Origin: Candidatus Bathyarchaeota archaeon
GTDB taxonomy: Archaea; Thermoproteota; Bathyarchaeia; Bathyarchaeales; Bathycorpusculaceae
Length of the DNA: 64,000 nt
Direction: 5' to 3'
Assembly: GCA_963720565.1 (NCBI GenBank)
Contig: CAVRFW010000003.1
Location: forward strand, 64,001-128,000
A program made the translations under genes and the position numbers. The notes beneath the pieces were generated by a model. That model made no database searches and was not told the DNA's origin. It worked only from the letters and a program-made list of their open reading frames with translations. Of this stretch, positions 1-12,392 are shown in pieces (position 1 is the first letter of the stretch; each line of letters starts with the position of its first letter).

Positions 1-800
1 CAACTCGTCCTATAACGCATTTGGTGGGGAAAGCCCTCGTCAAAGGAGATTTTGGCGAAGCAGCTATGATATTTCTGGCTAAACCCAGCTCTTTTGAACA
101 CCCCGCATCCATGCAAGTGCGCAAGGAGCTTGAGGCAACTCAGGATTTCAAACAGGCATTGAAAGACTTTCCCAAACAGCTTCGATATGAAAGGATGATG
201 CTTTCACATCTAGTCCAGAAGCAAGATGACTTTGTGGGCGCCTTCAAACGGCTGCCTCCTAAGCTCCAGTCGCTTTTTGTTCAAGCTTACCAATCATACT
301 TGTTTAATCTTTTCTTGACTGCGAGAATCAAAAAAGGAATCCCTTTGAGCGCAGCCGAAGTTGGAGACTGGGTAATTGGCGTTGAGCGTTCAAACCTGCC
401 CATGGTAAACATGGCTAAAATTGTCAGTGTAGACAATTTTGCGGATATTTCTTACTTGTTGAAGAATGGAAAAATGCGGGTTGCCCTGCCCATCGTTGGA
501 CGCAAACCCCGCCTCTCCCAAGGTAGCATGGCAGAAACAGAGAAGAAGATTCTTGAGGCTGAGGGAATTAGAGCAGAGGACTTTGAGATTAGTTCTGCGC
601 GTAGCATGGGGGCAAGAGGCGGATTGCGAGCTGTCGTTGCTCCAGTTCGAGACTTCAAATTACAATCAGTTTCAGCTAGTGTTGACAACAAAAAGAGGTG
701 CGAAGCCACATTGAATTTTGTTTTGCTGAGAGGATGTTATGCAACGGTTCTTCTGAGGGAGATAATGAAACCACGCAACCCAATAGGATCCGGATTCTAG
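1..800 (+). CDS. truD: tRNA pseudouridine(13) synthase TruD, 5'-truncated by the window edge
   Basis: Frame is open from the edge (TRPITHLVGK); has LFVQAYQSYLFN and C-terminal F.L.RGCYATVLLRE TruD motifs. Confidence 0.92.
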   Translation, partial: TRPITHLVGKALVKGDFGEAAMIFLAKPSSFEHPASMQVRKELEATQDFKQALKDFPKQLRYERMMLSHLVQKQDDFVGAFKRLPPKLQSLFVQAYQSYLFNLFLTARIKKGIPLSAAEVGDWVIGVERSNLPMVNMAKIVSVDNFADISYLLKNGKMRVALPIVGRKPRLSQGSMAETEKKILEAEGIRAEDFEISSARSMGARGGLRAVVAPVRDFKLQSVSASVDNKKRCEATLNFVLLRGCYATVLLREIMKPRNPIGSGF

Positions 801-897
801 GATTAGAAATCAAACTTGTTTTCTTCTTTTCTTATTTCGAGGCTGCCTTCTCGGTTATGTTATGGCAACAATATACTCAAAAGCTTCCGAGGCACTC

Positions 898-1673
<776 letters not shown>

Positions 1674-1761
1674 ATTCTTGGTTCCACCCAAGCAAACACG
1701 GCCAGTGGCTATGTTAGTCTGTTTGCTTTGAAATAAATCTTTTCAGCAAGACCCCGACAAC

Positions 1762-2460
1762 TCAGTCTATTCTGATTATTTTGGGAATTTTGCCTGCAGT
1801 TCCTACATGCCCTCTATATACAACCAGGGCTCCTTCAACACCCAGTATCGACATTGCTCTGTCTAATCCATGTTGGATGGCAATTCTTTGATCAATCCCT
1901 TTTACAATGTTCCCTACTGCGGTGGCCGCTGCATCCGCTAATCCTGCGTCGCTGCAAAAGACCGTTGCGGCTTCAGCGTCGCCAAAACTTAATGCATGGC
2001 TGAAACGACCAGAACTTGTTGCAACCCCAATTGGAAACTCTGTCAATCTGAAACCAAAACGTCTTGACAATGGTTCATCTCCTGCTGCAAGTGCTACATC
2101 TATCGGCTTTTTTGACACCGCCGATATTTCCCCTCCGTTTTCCACAACTGCTACATCACAACCTACTTTGAGCATATCCTTGACTGCCAGGTCAGCAAGA
2201 ACACCTGCAACAGCTGCCATGGGCCCAACATTTGCCCTTTCAGCTGCCTTTGCCATTAGTTTGGCTATTAAGGGTTCATCTGGTGCAGGAAAAGGTTCAA
2301 GTGTATATGAAAATTTAGGGTGAGTTTCAATATATTGTTCGAGTTGTTGTCGGTGAATTTTAATTGCTTCCCCAGCTGCCTGAATGCCTTCTGGTTTATC
2401 TGCGATTATTGTGCATTTTGTTTCCCTAAACTGGAAAGGCTCTTTGAGCAGTTTCTTCAT
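1762..2460 (-). CDS. UPF0280 / ApbE-like protein (sulfide assimilation associated)
   Basis: VGPMAAVAG, VENGGEI, ATSSG..HALSFG.A.AA and LADAAATAVGN motifs. Confidence 0.9.
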   Translation of the reverse strand: MKKLLKEPFQFRETKCTIIADKPEGIQAAGEAIKIHRQQLEQYIETHPKFSYTLEPFPAPDEPLIAKLMAKAAERANVGPMAAVAGVLADLAVKDMLKVGCDVAVVENGGEISAVSKKPIDVALAAGDEPLSRRFGFRLTEFPIGVATSSGRFSHALSFGDAEAATVFCSDAGLADAAATAVGNIVKGIDQRIAIQHGLDRAMSILGVEGALVVYRGHVGTAGKIPKIIRID

Positions 2461-2477
2461 CGCTAGTTTCCGTCAAA

Positions 2478-2909
2478 CTATTTTTGCGTGTTTCCGGTCC
2501 CAAGTTCTGAGTTGCTCTGCTTCACTGATTTTATTGCTCGCGCTGGACACGCGTCAACACATACGCTGCACGTGCTGCCCACACATTTTTCTTTACTGAA
2601 AACAATTGATGCGTCCTTGTCTACTGTAATTGCTTCTACTGGACACAATGCAACACAAGCACCACAGCTGACGCATTTTTCGTTGTCAACTTCGATTAGC
2701 TTCGGCAGGCTAACAGTAGCTCCACGTTTGCGGAACGCTTTAATTATCTTATCAAGGGATTCATCTGGTACTTCTGCTAAGACCTCGCCGCCCTTCGAAT
2801 TTACATGTGCAGTAATAATGTTGATGGGCACTTTTAACTCAAGCACTATCTGCGACGTAATTGGCTCTTCAACAATCTTCTCTGAGAATCTAAGCAAAAT
2901 TCGCACCAT
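2478..2909 (-). CDS. NIL domain plus 2x[4Fe-4S] ferredoxin (partner of the homocysteine-forming sulfurtransferase)
   Basis: N-terminal NIL-like EPITSQ..INIITAHV; CVSCGACVALCP and C....CSVCVDACP; directly downstream of DUF39-CBS. Confidence 0.88.
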   Translation of the reverse strand: MVRILLRFSEKIVEEPITSQIVLELKVPINIITAHVNSKGGEVLAEVPDESLDKIIKAFRKRGATVSLPKLIEVDNEKCVSCGACVALCPVEAITVDKDASIVFSKEKCVGSTCSVCVDACPARAIKSVKQSNSELGTGNTQK

Positions 2910-2916
2910 TCAGTCG

Positions 2917-4435
2917 TCACCTTCCCAGAAGCTTAGAAACGTCCTCAGCTGTGACAATTCCCAACACTCTTGATTCATTATCAATCACGGGCAAAGCAGA
3001 AATGTTGTGTTGTGCCATCCGCTTCGACGCAGTCTCCAAAGGCTCGTCCAGTCTTGCTGTTATTACACGTCGCGTTACAATGTCGGCAAGAGCTTTTTTG
3101 CCCTGAGCCAAAGCACGCGTAATATCCCACGAGGTCACTATACCCTTGAGCTTCTCGGTGGAGTCAACTACTACTATGTGATTGACAGATTTCGTTACAA
3201 TTCGCTCGGCTATGGCTTGAATTGCCTCCTCTTCCTTACACGTAACCGCTTTTTGCATTACGTTAGCAACAAAGGACGTCTCCTCAGTCTGTTTCATTGG
3301 TTTGAATGTGGAGTCAAGCGGTAGCCTTTCAACAGGCGCAGACAAATAGAACTCGCCATTCTCAATCCAAGTTTTCAATGTTGCTGCAACTTTCCTCGCC
3401 GTTTTTAGGCTCGAAAGTGAACTAACCCTGATTCCTTTTCCATTCACGGTTATTGTGCCCGACTTTAGTTCCTTGTAGCTAACTCTTGCCAGCTTGGGGC
3501 GGTCCTTTCGCGGTACGCCATAGTCAACAACACTGGTGAAGATATTTTCATCCCGAATCGCCGTTTTCTTTGCTAGCCCCTCATTCAAAATCGGGATAGG
3601 TATTCCCAGTCCAACATAAAGCGTTGTACCGTATCGCGAGTAAGTCGCGCCTCGCAGAAACTCGGAACTCATCTTTTTTGCGTTTCCGCGGACCATGAGG
3701 GTTCCATTTTGGGTTTGTGCCTCATGTTGTGTTCCTTCCCCGATAACGTAACCTTGTGTTCCGCCCAAAAGAATTCGCGTTCCAATGCCTATTGTCTCGT
3801 AGTCAGGATCATTCATTAGTGGATTCAGTTCTCCTGCACCCGAGTAAGTGGCATTTTTCATCCGCGGAAGCAATTTACCCATGTACGTGTAAATTGTCTC
3901 ATCGCGACCATTCACGGCACAATTGTAGCGTTGATAGCAATTACGAAAGTTTAGCAGGTAAAACTGGTTCAAATCGTCCTTGGTGAGGTTGGTCTTTATT
4001 TGGGTCCTTGGGTAGCAGTCAGTACCATAGGAAGAGGCTCTAAGTTCAACCTCTTTTCCGTTAACTAGGTCTTCGATTAAATGCCCTCCGCCGTACTCAA
4101 AAGGTTGTCTTTCCGACATAGCAGTGGCACCAATATACAGGTCCACTGCAGCGCCAGGATGACAGATTGGAACGTCGTTGATCCAGGCTTTCTCAATTTT
4201 AATAGGCGGATCTGAATGCCCAACATTTATGATAGCGCCTGAGGAACACATCGCTCCAAAAGTGCCGGTTGTTACCACATCAACTTCTCGAAAAGCAACT
4301 TCCACACCGCTGCTATCCACGAGGCGCTTCATTTCTTCAGCGGTTAAAACTTGGGCATCGCCCTTTCTTATTTTCTCATTTATTTCCTCGATGGTTCGAG
4401 TTTTCTGTTTGGGTTTGAGTTTCGTTTACCTCCAA
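2917..4435 (-). CDS. DUF39 plus CBS-pair protein, L-aspartate semialdehyde sulfurtransferase (homocysteine biosynthesis, MA1821/MJ0100-like); start uncertain
   Basis: VDVVTTGTFG.M.SSGA, YGGGH.IEDL, GTDCYPR, IGIGTRI motifs and C-terminal CBS pair; frame continues upstream of 4332 (RTIEEINEKIRKG); a TTG at 4435 would need one indel. Confidence 0.9.
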
Positions 4436-4493
4436 CCAATGCCAACCGAATGGATTAACCGCGTATTAATACCTTTTGATACGTGGGATAGTC

Positions 4494-7400
4494 TCACCAG
4501 AGCTTCCACGGTAACTCATCCATGTACTCATTCAAAGAACGAATCTCCGCGATCTCATTGCCTTTCTTCTTCAGGACGTCCACAAGGGCAGAAGCCAATT
4601 CCAAATTAGTAATCACAGGAACGTTAAACTCCACAGCCTGTCTGCGAATAATATATCCATCCGTAAGCACGTCAGAGTAACTTTTCTGCTTGTTACCCAT
4701 CGGCACGTTAATGACTAGATCAATCTTCCTCTCTTGAAGATAATCCAGAATGTTCGGAGAAGCGCTCTCTTCTTTTATCTTGTGAAGAACAGAGACGCTG
4801 TTTATGCCTGCGCCACGCAACACGTCGGCCGTATGCGCTGTCGCATAAATCTTGAAGCCCATCTCCTCGAAAGCTCTCGCTATGGGTATAACTCTTCTCT
4901 TCGGCTCCTCGCCTCCGATGGTTATTAGCACCGAACCACCCTTCGGAGGGATGTGAAACTCCGCAGCCTGCAAAGCCTTAGAGAAAGCCTCAGCAAAATT
5001 CATGCCCAAACACGCCACCTCACCAGTGCTCAGCATCTCAACACCTAGGACCGGATCTGCCCCGCTTAAACGCATGAAACTGAACTGGGGCACTTTCACG
5101 CCCACGTGAGGTGTAGGTGGTAGCCCACAGGTCTTAAGTTCCTCAAATTTCTTGCCAAGCATAGCCAGCGTTGCAAGTTCGATTAGGTTGATTCCGCGCG
5201 TCTTGCTCACAAAAGGCATGGAACGCGAAGCTCTAAGGTTGCATTCGATAACGTATACTGCCCCGTCTTTCACGAGATATTGAATATTGTATGGACCTTT
5301 AATTTTCAGCGCATTCACTATCTTCTTGGTGGCGTCCTCAATCTTCTCTTGAACTTCAACCGAAAGCGTATGCGGTGGAATACTCATTGTTGCATCGCCG
5401 CTATGAACACCAGCATTCTCAACGTGCTCCATAATTGAGCCGATCAAGCAAGTATTGCCGTCGTAGACTCCGTCTACTTCAACCTCCCTAGCTTTGTCCA
5501 CAAACTTCGAAATCACCACGGGATGGTCACGGGAAACCTTCGCTGCCAAATTCAGAAAATTCTCCAGTGCCGTCTCGTTGTAAGCCACACGCATCGCTGA
5601 ACCTGACAGCACATAGCTCGGGCGAACAATCGCTGGGTAGCCTATCTTCTCAGCGAAAATCTTAGCCTCATCAATCGAAGTGAGTTTGCTCCACCTCGGC
5701 TGTGGAATCCCCAACTGATCCAACAACGCACTGAACTTTGATCGATCTTCCGCCACATCTACGTCTTCCGCCGACGTTCCAAGCAGCTTCACTCCCGAAT
5801 GAGCCAGCTTCATCGCCAAATTATTCGGGATTTGGCCGCCAACGCTGGTTATGACTCCCAAAGGATCTTCCTTCTCGTAAATGTCCAAGATTCTCTCAAT
5901 GCTAAGCTCTTCAAAGTACAACTTATCGGAGACATCGTAGTCCGTTGAAACTGTTTCAGGATTGTAGTTGATCATTATGGCTTCTTTTATACCGTTTTTC
6001 TTCAAAGCCCATATAGTGTTAACGGCACACCAATCAAACTCCACGCTTGAGCCAATACGAAAGACCCCTGCACCCAGCACGATGACTTTGCTCTTGCCCT
6101 GGACTAGTTCTATGTCGTCCTCATCTCCACCGTAGGTGAGGTAGAGATAGTTGGTCTTTGCTGGCCATTCAGCTGCCAAAGTGTCTATCTGTTTGATAAC
6201 AGGAACGATGCCTGCTGTCTTCCGGAATTGACGCACTTCAAACTCATTGGCACCCGTGCAAAAGGCAATCTGTTCGTCTGAGAAGCCTAGACGCTTTGCT
6301 TCGCGCACGGTCTCTGCAGCGGTGCTATCTCTTAGATGCAATGTGCGAAGTTCCGTTTCCATGTTGATGATGTTCTGGATTTTGTGCAGGAAGAAGGGGT
6401 CGACTCCGCTAAGATCATAAATTTCCTCTATCGAAACACCCATCTTCAACGCCTTGACTAGCTCGAAGAGTCTCTCGTCAGTGGGATTTGCGACCGCTTC
6501 CCTAGCGCTCTCCTGCGACTCGGGCTGCGCGTCTTCTTCGTTGCAGACAAGCCCAATCTTGCCCGTGTCCAACATCCGCACCGCCTTCTGCAAAGCCTCT
6601 TCAAAGCATCGCCCAATAGCCATTACTTCGCCGACGGAACGCATTTGTGGGCCCACATGGCGATCTGCATTCTTGAATTTCTGCAGGTCCCACCTTGGAA
6701 TTTTTATCGTGATGTAGTCCAAAGCAGGCTCGAAGCAGGCAGTGGTAACTTCTGTTACTTTGTTTATCAACTCTGGGAGCGTATAACCTATCGTCAGCTT
6801 AGTGGCTATGTAAGCCAACGGGTAGCCCGTGACTTTGCTGGCGAGCGCTGAGCTTCTCGACATACGTGAGTTGACCTCTATGACACGGTATTCCTCTGAC
6901 TTCGGGTGCAATGCCCATTGGATGTTGCATTCGCCGACTATGCCTAAAGCGCGTATGGCATTTATTGATGTGGAGCGGATAAGGTGGTATTCGCGGTTTG
7001 TAAGGGTCTGTGAGGGCGCTACGACGATGCTGTCTCCTGTATGAACGCCCATGGGGTCAAAGTTTTCCATGTTGCAGACAGTTAAGCAATTGTCTGCGCA
7101 GTCCCGCATTACCTCATATTCTACCTCTTTCCAGTGCCCAACATACTCTTCCACGAGCACTTGGGTTATTCTGCTCTGTGCCAGGCCGCGAGATACGATG
7201 TCCTTTAGCTCCTGAGCGTTATGAGCTACTCCCGCGCCTTTGCCGCCGAGAGTATACGCCACTCGAACTATGACGGGATAGCCGATTTCGCTGGCAACTT
7301 CAAGTGCTTCGCTGACTGTGCTTGCAGATTTGCTTTTCAACGGCGACACACCAGCGTTAAGCATTGCCTGTCTGAAACGCTCTCTGTCACCTGTGTCCTC

Positions 7401-7769
7401 TATAGCGCTGACTGGCGTTCCCAGAACCTTCACGCCGTGCTTTTCCAAGACACCGTTTTTTGCGAGTTCGATACCACAGTTCAGCGCTGTTTGCCCGCCG
7501 AAGCCTAAGAGGATGCCATCAGGCATCTCTTTCTGAATTACTTTTTCCACGTATTCTGGCGTCACTGGAAGAAGGTATACTTTGCCTGATAGGCGCGGAT
7601 CCGTTTGGATAGTAGCTATGTTGGGGTTCACAAGAATGGTTTCAATGCCTTCTTCCCTCAGCGCTTTGAGGCACTGGCTGCCAGAATAGTCGAATTCTGC
7701 TGCTTCACCGATTTTTATGGCGCCGCTTCCCAGAACCAACACTTTGTGTATCCAGTCGAACTTCGGCAT
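4494..7769 (-). CDS. carB: Carbamoyl-phosphate synthase large subunit
   Basis: GSGAIKIGEAAEFDYSG, duplicated ATP-grasp domains, GVHTGDS, NPETVSTDYD, C-terminal MGS domain. Confidence 0.97.
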   Translation of the reverse strand: MPKFDWIHKVLVLGSGAIKIGEAAEFDYSGSQCLKALREEGIETILVNPNIATIQTDPRLSGKVYLLPVTPEYVEKVIQKEMPDGILLGFGGQTALNCGIELAKNGVLEKHGVKVLGTPVSAIEDTGDRERFRQAMLNAGVSPLKSKSASTVSEALEVASEIGYPVIVRVAYTLGGKGAGVAHNAQELKDIVSRGLAQSRITQVLVEEYVGHWKEVEYEVMRDCADNCLTVCNMENFDPMGVHTGDSIVVAPSQTLTNREYHLIRSTSINAIRALGIVGECNIQWALHPKSEEYRVIEVNSRMSRSSALASKVTGYPLAYIATKLTIGYTLPELINKVTEVTTACFEPALDYITIKIPRWDLQKFKNADRHVGPQMRSVGEVMAIGRCFEEALQKAVRMLDTGKIGLVCNEEDAQPESQESAREAVANPTDERLFELVKALKMGVSIEEIYDLSGVDPFFLHKIQNIINMETELRTLHLRDSTAAETVREAKRLGFSDEQIAFCTGANEFEVRQFRKTAGIVPVIKQIDTLAAEWPAKTNYLYLTYGGDEDDIELVQGKSKVIVLGAGVFRIGSSVEFDWCAVNTIWALKKNGIKEAIMINYNPETVSTDYDVSDKLYFEELSIERILDIYEKEDPLGVITSVGGQIPNNLAMKLAHSGVKLLGTSAEDVDVAEDRSKFSALLDQLGIPQPRWSKLTSIDEAKIFAEKIGYPAIVRPSYVLSGSAMRVAYNETALENFLNLAAKVSRDHPVVISKFVDKAREVEVDGVYDGNTCLIGSIMEHVENAGVHSGDATMSIPPHTLSVEVQEKIEDATKKIVNALKIKGPYNIQYLVKDGAVYVIECNLRASRSMPFVSKTRGINLIELATLAMLGKKFEELKTCGLPPTPHVGVKVPQFSFMRLSGADPVLGVEMLSTGEVACLGMNFAEAFSKALQAAEFHIPPKGGSVLITIGGEEPKRRVIPIARAFEEMGFKIYATAHTADVLRGAGINSVSVLHKIKEESASPNILDYLQERKIDLVINVPMGNKQKSYSDVLTDGYIIRRQAVEFNVPVITNLELASALVDVLKKKGNEIAEIRSLNEYMDELPWKLW

Positions 7770-7770
7770 T

Positions 7771-8933
7771 TTAGGCAACCTCAATCATGTTTGCGAAAGT
7801 ATCGAAGAGGAACTCGGTGTCATAAGGTCCTGGAGACGCCTCAGGATGCCACTGCACCGCAAAAACAGGTTTGGTTTTGTGTTTAACGCCTTCGATAGTT
7901 TTGTCGTTGGCGTTTATGAACCAGGGTTCCAGCGGTGTTTTGCAGAAACATTCTGTGTCGATGGCGTAGCCATGATTCTGGGTTGTAATGTAGCAGCGAT
8001 TGGTCTTCAGGTCCAATGCGGGCTGATTTTGGGAGCGATGGCCATATTTTAGTTTGTAAGTATCGCCACCAACTGCCAGTGCGAGTATTTGAGCGCCTAA
8101 GCATACGCCCATCAACGGAACTTTTTCGACGATTTCTCGAACACTTTCTACAGTCTTTACGCATTTTTTTGGATCACCTGGACCATTGCTAAGGAAAACT
8201 CCACTTGGATGGTAATCCATTATTTCTTTTGCCGAGAAATCATATGGGACTCGTACCACACTAATGCCGCGTGTTAGCAGGTTTCGTATGATGCCGAACT
8301 TTACTCCGCAGTCAATCAAGACAACTGTCTTTTTGCCTTCCGCTTCATAGCGTATGGGTTCTTTCACAGTCACTTCCCTGACCAAATCGGTCAAATTGGG
8401 GTCGGGGATGGTTTTTGCATGCTCTAAAAGCTCATTGAAATTGGGCTCTTCCCCAACATCGCAAACTTTCACAATCCCAAGCATAACACCGTGCGTTCTG
8501 AGCTTTTTGGTGAGGCGTCTGGTGTCAATACCATAGATTCCAGGTATGCCTTCGTCTGAAAGCCACTTATCAAGCGTCCGCGTTGAGGCCCAATGGTACG
8601 GCTCCAGACACAATTCATGTATGGCAAGAGCTCGCACTTGGATACGGTCTGACTCAAAGCAAAGTGGGATTCCCACGTTCGAGTCGTACGGTGGAACACC
8701 ATAATTGCCAATGAGCGGATAGGTTAGGCTTAGAATCTGCCCATTGTACGAGGGATCAGTGAGCGCTTCTGGATATCCAACCATGGATGTTGAAAACACA
8801 ACTTCGCCTGAAGCCTTTCCGTTTGCCCCAAAACCTTTGCCGCGAAAAAAGTGCCGTCTTCTAAGACTAGAACCGCTTTTCTTACTCTTGCCGGAACGAT
8901 GTTCTGGGACCAAAGCCCTATACTACCTACCAT
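7771..8933 (-). CDS. carA: Carbamoyl-phosphate synthase small subunit, with a frameshift in a T run near 8845-8850
   Basis: KAVLVLEDGT joins GKGFG if one T is added; LSNGPGDP, GVCLG, QNHGY, QWHPEASPGP. Confidence 0.95.
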
Positions 8934-8942
8934 TTTGAATTT

Positions 8943-10438
8943 TTAAGTCTTGCGTTTTCGCGGGGATTCAGGAAAACAAAATTGTGTAGCTTCATCAAGT
9001 TTCTTTTCAGCATCGTCAAGTGCCCTATCCATCTTGGATATATTGTCTCTGGTGAGGATTAACTGTTTTTCACGTTCAGCCAGTGCTCTTTTTACTTCTA
9101 CTGGTGCGGGACCACCTTTAACCTTGCATGCTTCAACCAACTTAAGCGGGTTTGCGAGTTTTTCAAACTCTTCAGCATTAACAAATAGTTTGATATTGGC
9201 GACTTCCTTGGCCATTTTTTGTAAGACGTTCGGGCGTGGCTTCTTTGAAAGTCAATTTCGCTTTCTATTAGCGACTTGACGAGGGCACCAACTATTTTAT
9301 GGGCTGTTCGAAATGGGACATCATACTTGCGAACAAGAATGTTGGCCAATTCGGTAGCAGCTACAAAACTCGCGTTAGCTTTTCCAGAAATGTCTGAAAT
9401 TACTTTCAGTTTGGGAAGCAACTTGTGGAACATTTCCAGCGACGCATGCACATTTTCTGTGGCTTCCCAAAGCCTAGGCGTAATCTCCTGGAAATCTAGA
9501 TTGTATGTTGAGGGTAAACTCTTTACAGCAGCAGAAGAAGTAACAAAAAGCCCCAACACATGGCTAGCTCTAGCACGGATGACCTCCAAGACCTCAGGGT
9601 TTTTCTTCTGTGGCATGATGCTGCTTGTACTTGTAAATTCGTCTGGAAGCTCAACCACTCCGAAATCTGGGGAACTCCAAATAATCAGGTCTTCAGCAAA
9701 ACGGCTAAGGTTAATCGCAGTCAGAGTGAGTGCCGCAATAGTCTCGATTATGAAATCTCGACTACCTACTGCATCAATCGAGTTTTCCAGAACGGCATTG
9801 AAACCCAAAAGTTCTGCGGTGCGGTCTCGGTTTATCGGAAAGCTCGTTGTTGCCAACGCGCCCGCACCAAGTGGACAAAGATTGACTCGAGTATATGCAC
9901 TTTCAAGTCTTTGAAGGTCTCGCTCGAGCGCGTCGTAGTAGGATAAAAGATAGTGAGCGAAGGTTACGGGTTGTGCAGGTTGTAGGTGAGTGTATTCCAG
10001 AATGACTGTCTTCACATGTTTCTCCGCCACTTCGGCAATGTGATCCTGTACGTGCGCCAATGCACGCATTAAGTTGAGTAGCTCTTTGCGCAGCTCCATA
10101 CGAATAGCAGTGGTAACTTGGTCATTTCTACTCTTAGCGATATGGAGATTTCCGCCCGTTTCCGGGTTTGTCTCCTTGAGAACTGCTTCTTCTACTGCCA
10201 TATGAACGTCCTCAGCAGAAGCATCCAGCTCCATGATGGAGCACTTGACAAGAGCCTGCAAAAGCTTTGCTCCTTCGAACGATTTAATGATCTTCTGCTC
10301 AATTAGCATCACCACGTGAGCTTTGTTGATGTCTACAACAGCTTTGGTTAGTCTTGTATCGTCTTTCACTGATGAAGTGAACTTGGTAACATCTTCCCGA
10401 CCAGGGGACAACCGTCCACCACGCAATACTTTCGACAT
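8943..10438 (-). CDS. argH: Argininosuccinate lyase, with apparent indels near 9228-9260
   Basis: SRNDQV, YTHLQPAQP, SSIMPQKKNP, VPFRTAH; C-terminus continues in ORF 8943..9215 (GGPAP.EV). Confidence 0.95.
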
Positions 10439-10461
10439 CTCTCTTCGCTTGCCTTTTTTTC

Positions 10462-11688
10462 TTAAGCTGGATTTGTAGTCTTGGCTTCGCTAGTCATAGC
10501 GGAATTTTTCAAAGCATTGTACATTCTCGTTTGAAGCCCCCAAAGCTCAATGAAACCTTTAGAGTAAGATTGGTTAAACGAGGTTCTTATGTTGTAATTA
10601 GCCAGGTTCTTATCGTAGAGAGACATGGATGACGAACGTCCGACCACTCGTAACCCGCCCTTGTAAAGCTTAACTCTAACTTCACCAGTGACGTTTTTCT
10701 GCGTCTTGTTAATGAACGCTTCAAGGTCTTCTCGCAAGGGATCCATCCACAAACCCACATAGGTAAGATAAGCCCATTCCGCGTCAATCTGTTGTTTGAA
10801 CAACACTTCGTGTCGTGTCAGCACCATCTTTTCCAAATCTTTGTGACCTTCCAACAGCACGGTGGCAGCTGGGCACTCGTAGACTTCACGCGATTTGATT
10901 CCTACTAAACGGTCTTCGATGTGGTCAATACGACCTACACCATGCTTTCCAGCAGTTTTGTTCAGCATCTCAACGAGCGCAAGGGGTTTCAGTTTTTCTT
11001 TGTTAACTGCAACCGGCATGCCTTCCTCGAATCCTATGGTTACATACTCAGCCGAGTCTGGCGCTTTCTCAGGCGATACTGTCCACTCAAAAGCATCCTC
11101 TGGTGGTTCTTGACTGGCATCTTCCAGGAAACCACATTCAATTGCCCGGCCCCATACACTCGCATCTATGCTGTACTTCTTGGCGGCAGTTGACACTGGG
11201 ATTCCATTAGCTTTCGCGTAAGTTATTTCCTCTTCTCTAGTCATGCCCCACTCCCTGATTGGAGCTATTATTTTTAGTTCAGGAGCCAAAGCGCCGAGCG
11301 ACACGTCAAAGCGTACTTGATCATTGCCCCTTCCGGTGCAACCGTGAGCGAGTCCTGTAGCGCCGTTTTTCTCTGCTATTTCAACCATTTTCGCTGCAAT
11401 TAGCGGGCGGGATAAACTTGTACTTACAGGGTATTTTCCTTCGTACAGGGCGTTGGCTTTTATGGCAGGGAAAATATAATCTGATGCGAACTCGTCTTTA
11501 GCGTCAATTGAATAGTGTTTTAGAACCCCGAGTTTCTCTGCTTTTTCCGCGACTTCTTTCTGGTCTTCTTGCTGTCCAACATCTACTGTTACCGTAATAA
11601 CTTCGGCGCTGTACTTTTCTTGAAGCCATTTTATCAAGACTGATGTATCCAGTCCACCGGAGTATGCGAGCACGATTTTTTCTGTCAA
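10462..11688 (-). CDS. argG: Argininosuccinate synthase
   Basis: LAYSGGLDTS, HGCTGRGNDQVRF, GIKSREVYE. Confidence 0.97.
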   Translation of the reverse strand: MTEKIVLAYSGGLDTSVLIKWLQEKYSAEVITVTVDVGQQEDQKEVAEKAEKLGVLKHYSIDAKDEFASDYIFPAIKANALYEGKYPVSTSLSRPLIAAKMVEIAEKNGATGLAHGCTGRGNDQVRFDVSLGALAPELKIIAPIREWGMTREEEITYAKANGIPVSTAAKKYSIDASVWGRAIECGFLEDASQEPPEDAFEWTVSPEKAPDSAEYVTIGFEEGMPVAVNKEKLKPLALVEMLNKTAGKHGVGRIDHIEDRLVGIKSREVYECPAATVLLEGHKDLEKMVLTRHEVLFKQQIDAEWAYLTYVGLWMDPLREDLEAFINKTQKNVTGEVRVKLYKGGLRVVGRSSSMSLYDKNLANYNIRTSFNQSYSKGFIELWGLQTRMYNALKNSAMTSEAKTTNPA

Positions 11689-11745
11689 TATTATGTTCCT
11701 CAGTTTCTGAAATTGAATTGTTCCCCATACCTAAATTGCCGTGTT

Positions 11746-11771
11746 CTTAAACTTTGTGACTTTTTTGTAAC
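11746..11771 (-). promoter_or_regulatory. TATA box with abutting GTNAC-N6-GTNAC motif upstream of argG
   Basis: Minus strand reads GTTACAAAAAAGTCACAAAG-TTTAAG; near-identical element upstream of lysW. Confidence 0.6.
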
Positions 11772-11812
11772 TTGACAAGGCTTAAACGTCCTAATTGATA
11801 CACTATTGTACT

Positions 11813-12392
11813 ATGACAATAGCTCAAAGTGTAAGAAACCACTTGCGAAATAAACCATACTTGCTAGAGGCTTTGGAGAAAGGGATAGTTAACCTAAGCG
11901 AATTATCGCGCCAAATTCAAAAAGAACTTAAAACATCTAACACCCCCGCAGTAAAAGCTGCCCTGCGAAGATACGCGATGGATCTCCAGAAGCACAAACA
12001 GAAAAGAGAAGAAAGAGTTCTGCAAGTTCTGAAGCGGAGTGGGATAACAGTCTTTGACAAGAAAGCTGTAATAATAACGAGCAAGGAATTGGAAACAAGC
12101 AGTGGAATGAAGGTAGACTTGTTAGGCAAACATGTTTACTTGCTGGATAAAGGCGAATTACCCGAAAGGGTTAGCACGCTCGTCAAGCATGATAATTGCA
12201 CAATGATAGTGGTTCATTCTCCTGAAGAACTAGAAGCTAACTCCTGGAGTTGTCGCTTTTCTGACAACATTACTAGCGGAGCAGAATGTCAATATGATAG
12301 AGTTTATCTCGTGCTGGACCGAGACCATCATAGTTGTGGAGAAGAAGGACAGCCTCAAAACCTATGAGGTTCTATCCAACATAGTTGGTTAA
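11813..12392 (+). CDS. Putative amino-acid-responsive regulator: N-terminal helical/HTH-like domain plus C-terminal ACT domain, with a frameshift near 12238
   Basis: L..GIVNLSELSRQI N-terminus; removing one A gives TPGVVAFLTTLLAEQNVNMIEFISCWTETIIVV (ACT-like). Confidence 0.75.

Noticed and set aside
4420..4435. ACG start codon for the DUF39 gene
   Set aside because: It is only 2 nt from the SD-like GGAGGT; a TTG start plus one indel explains the region equally well.
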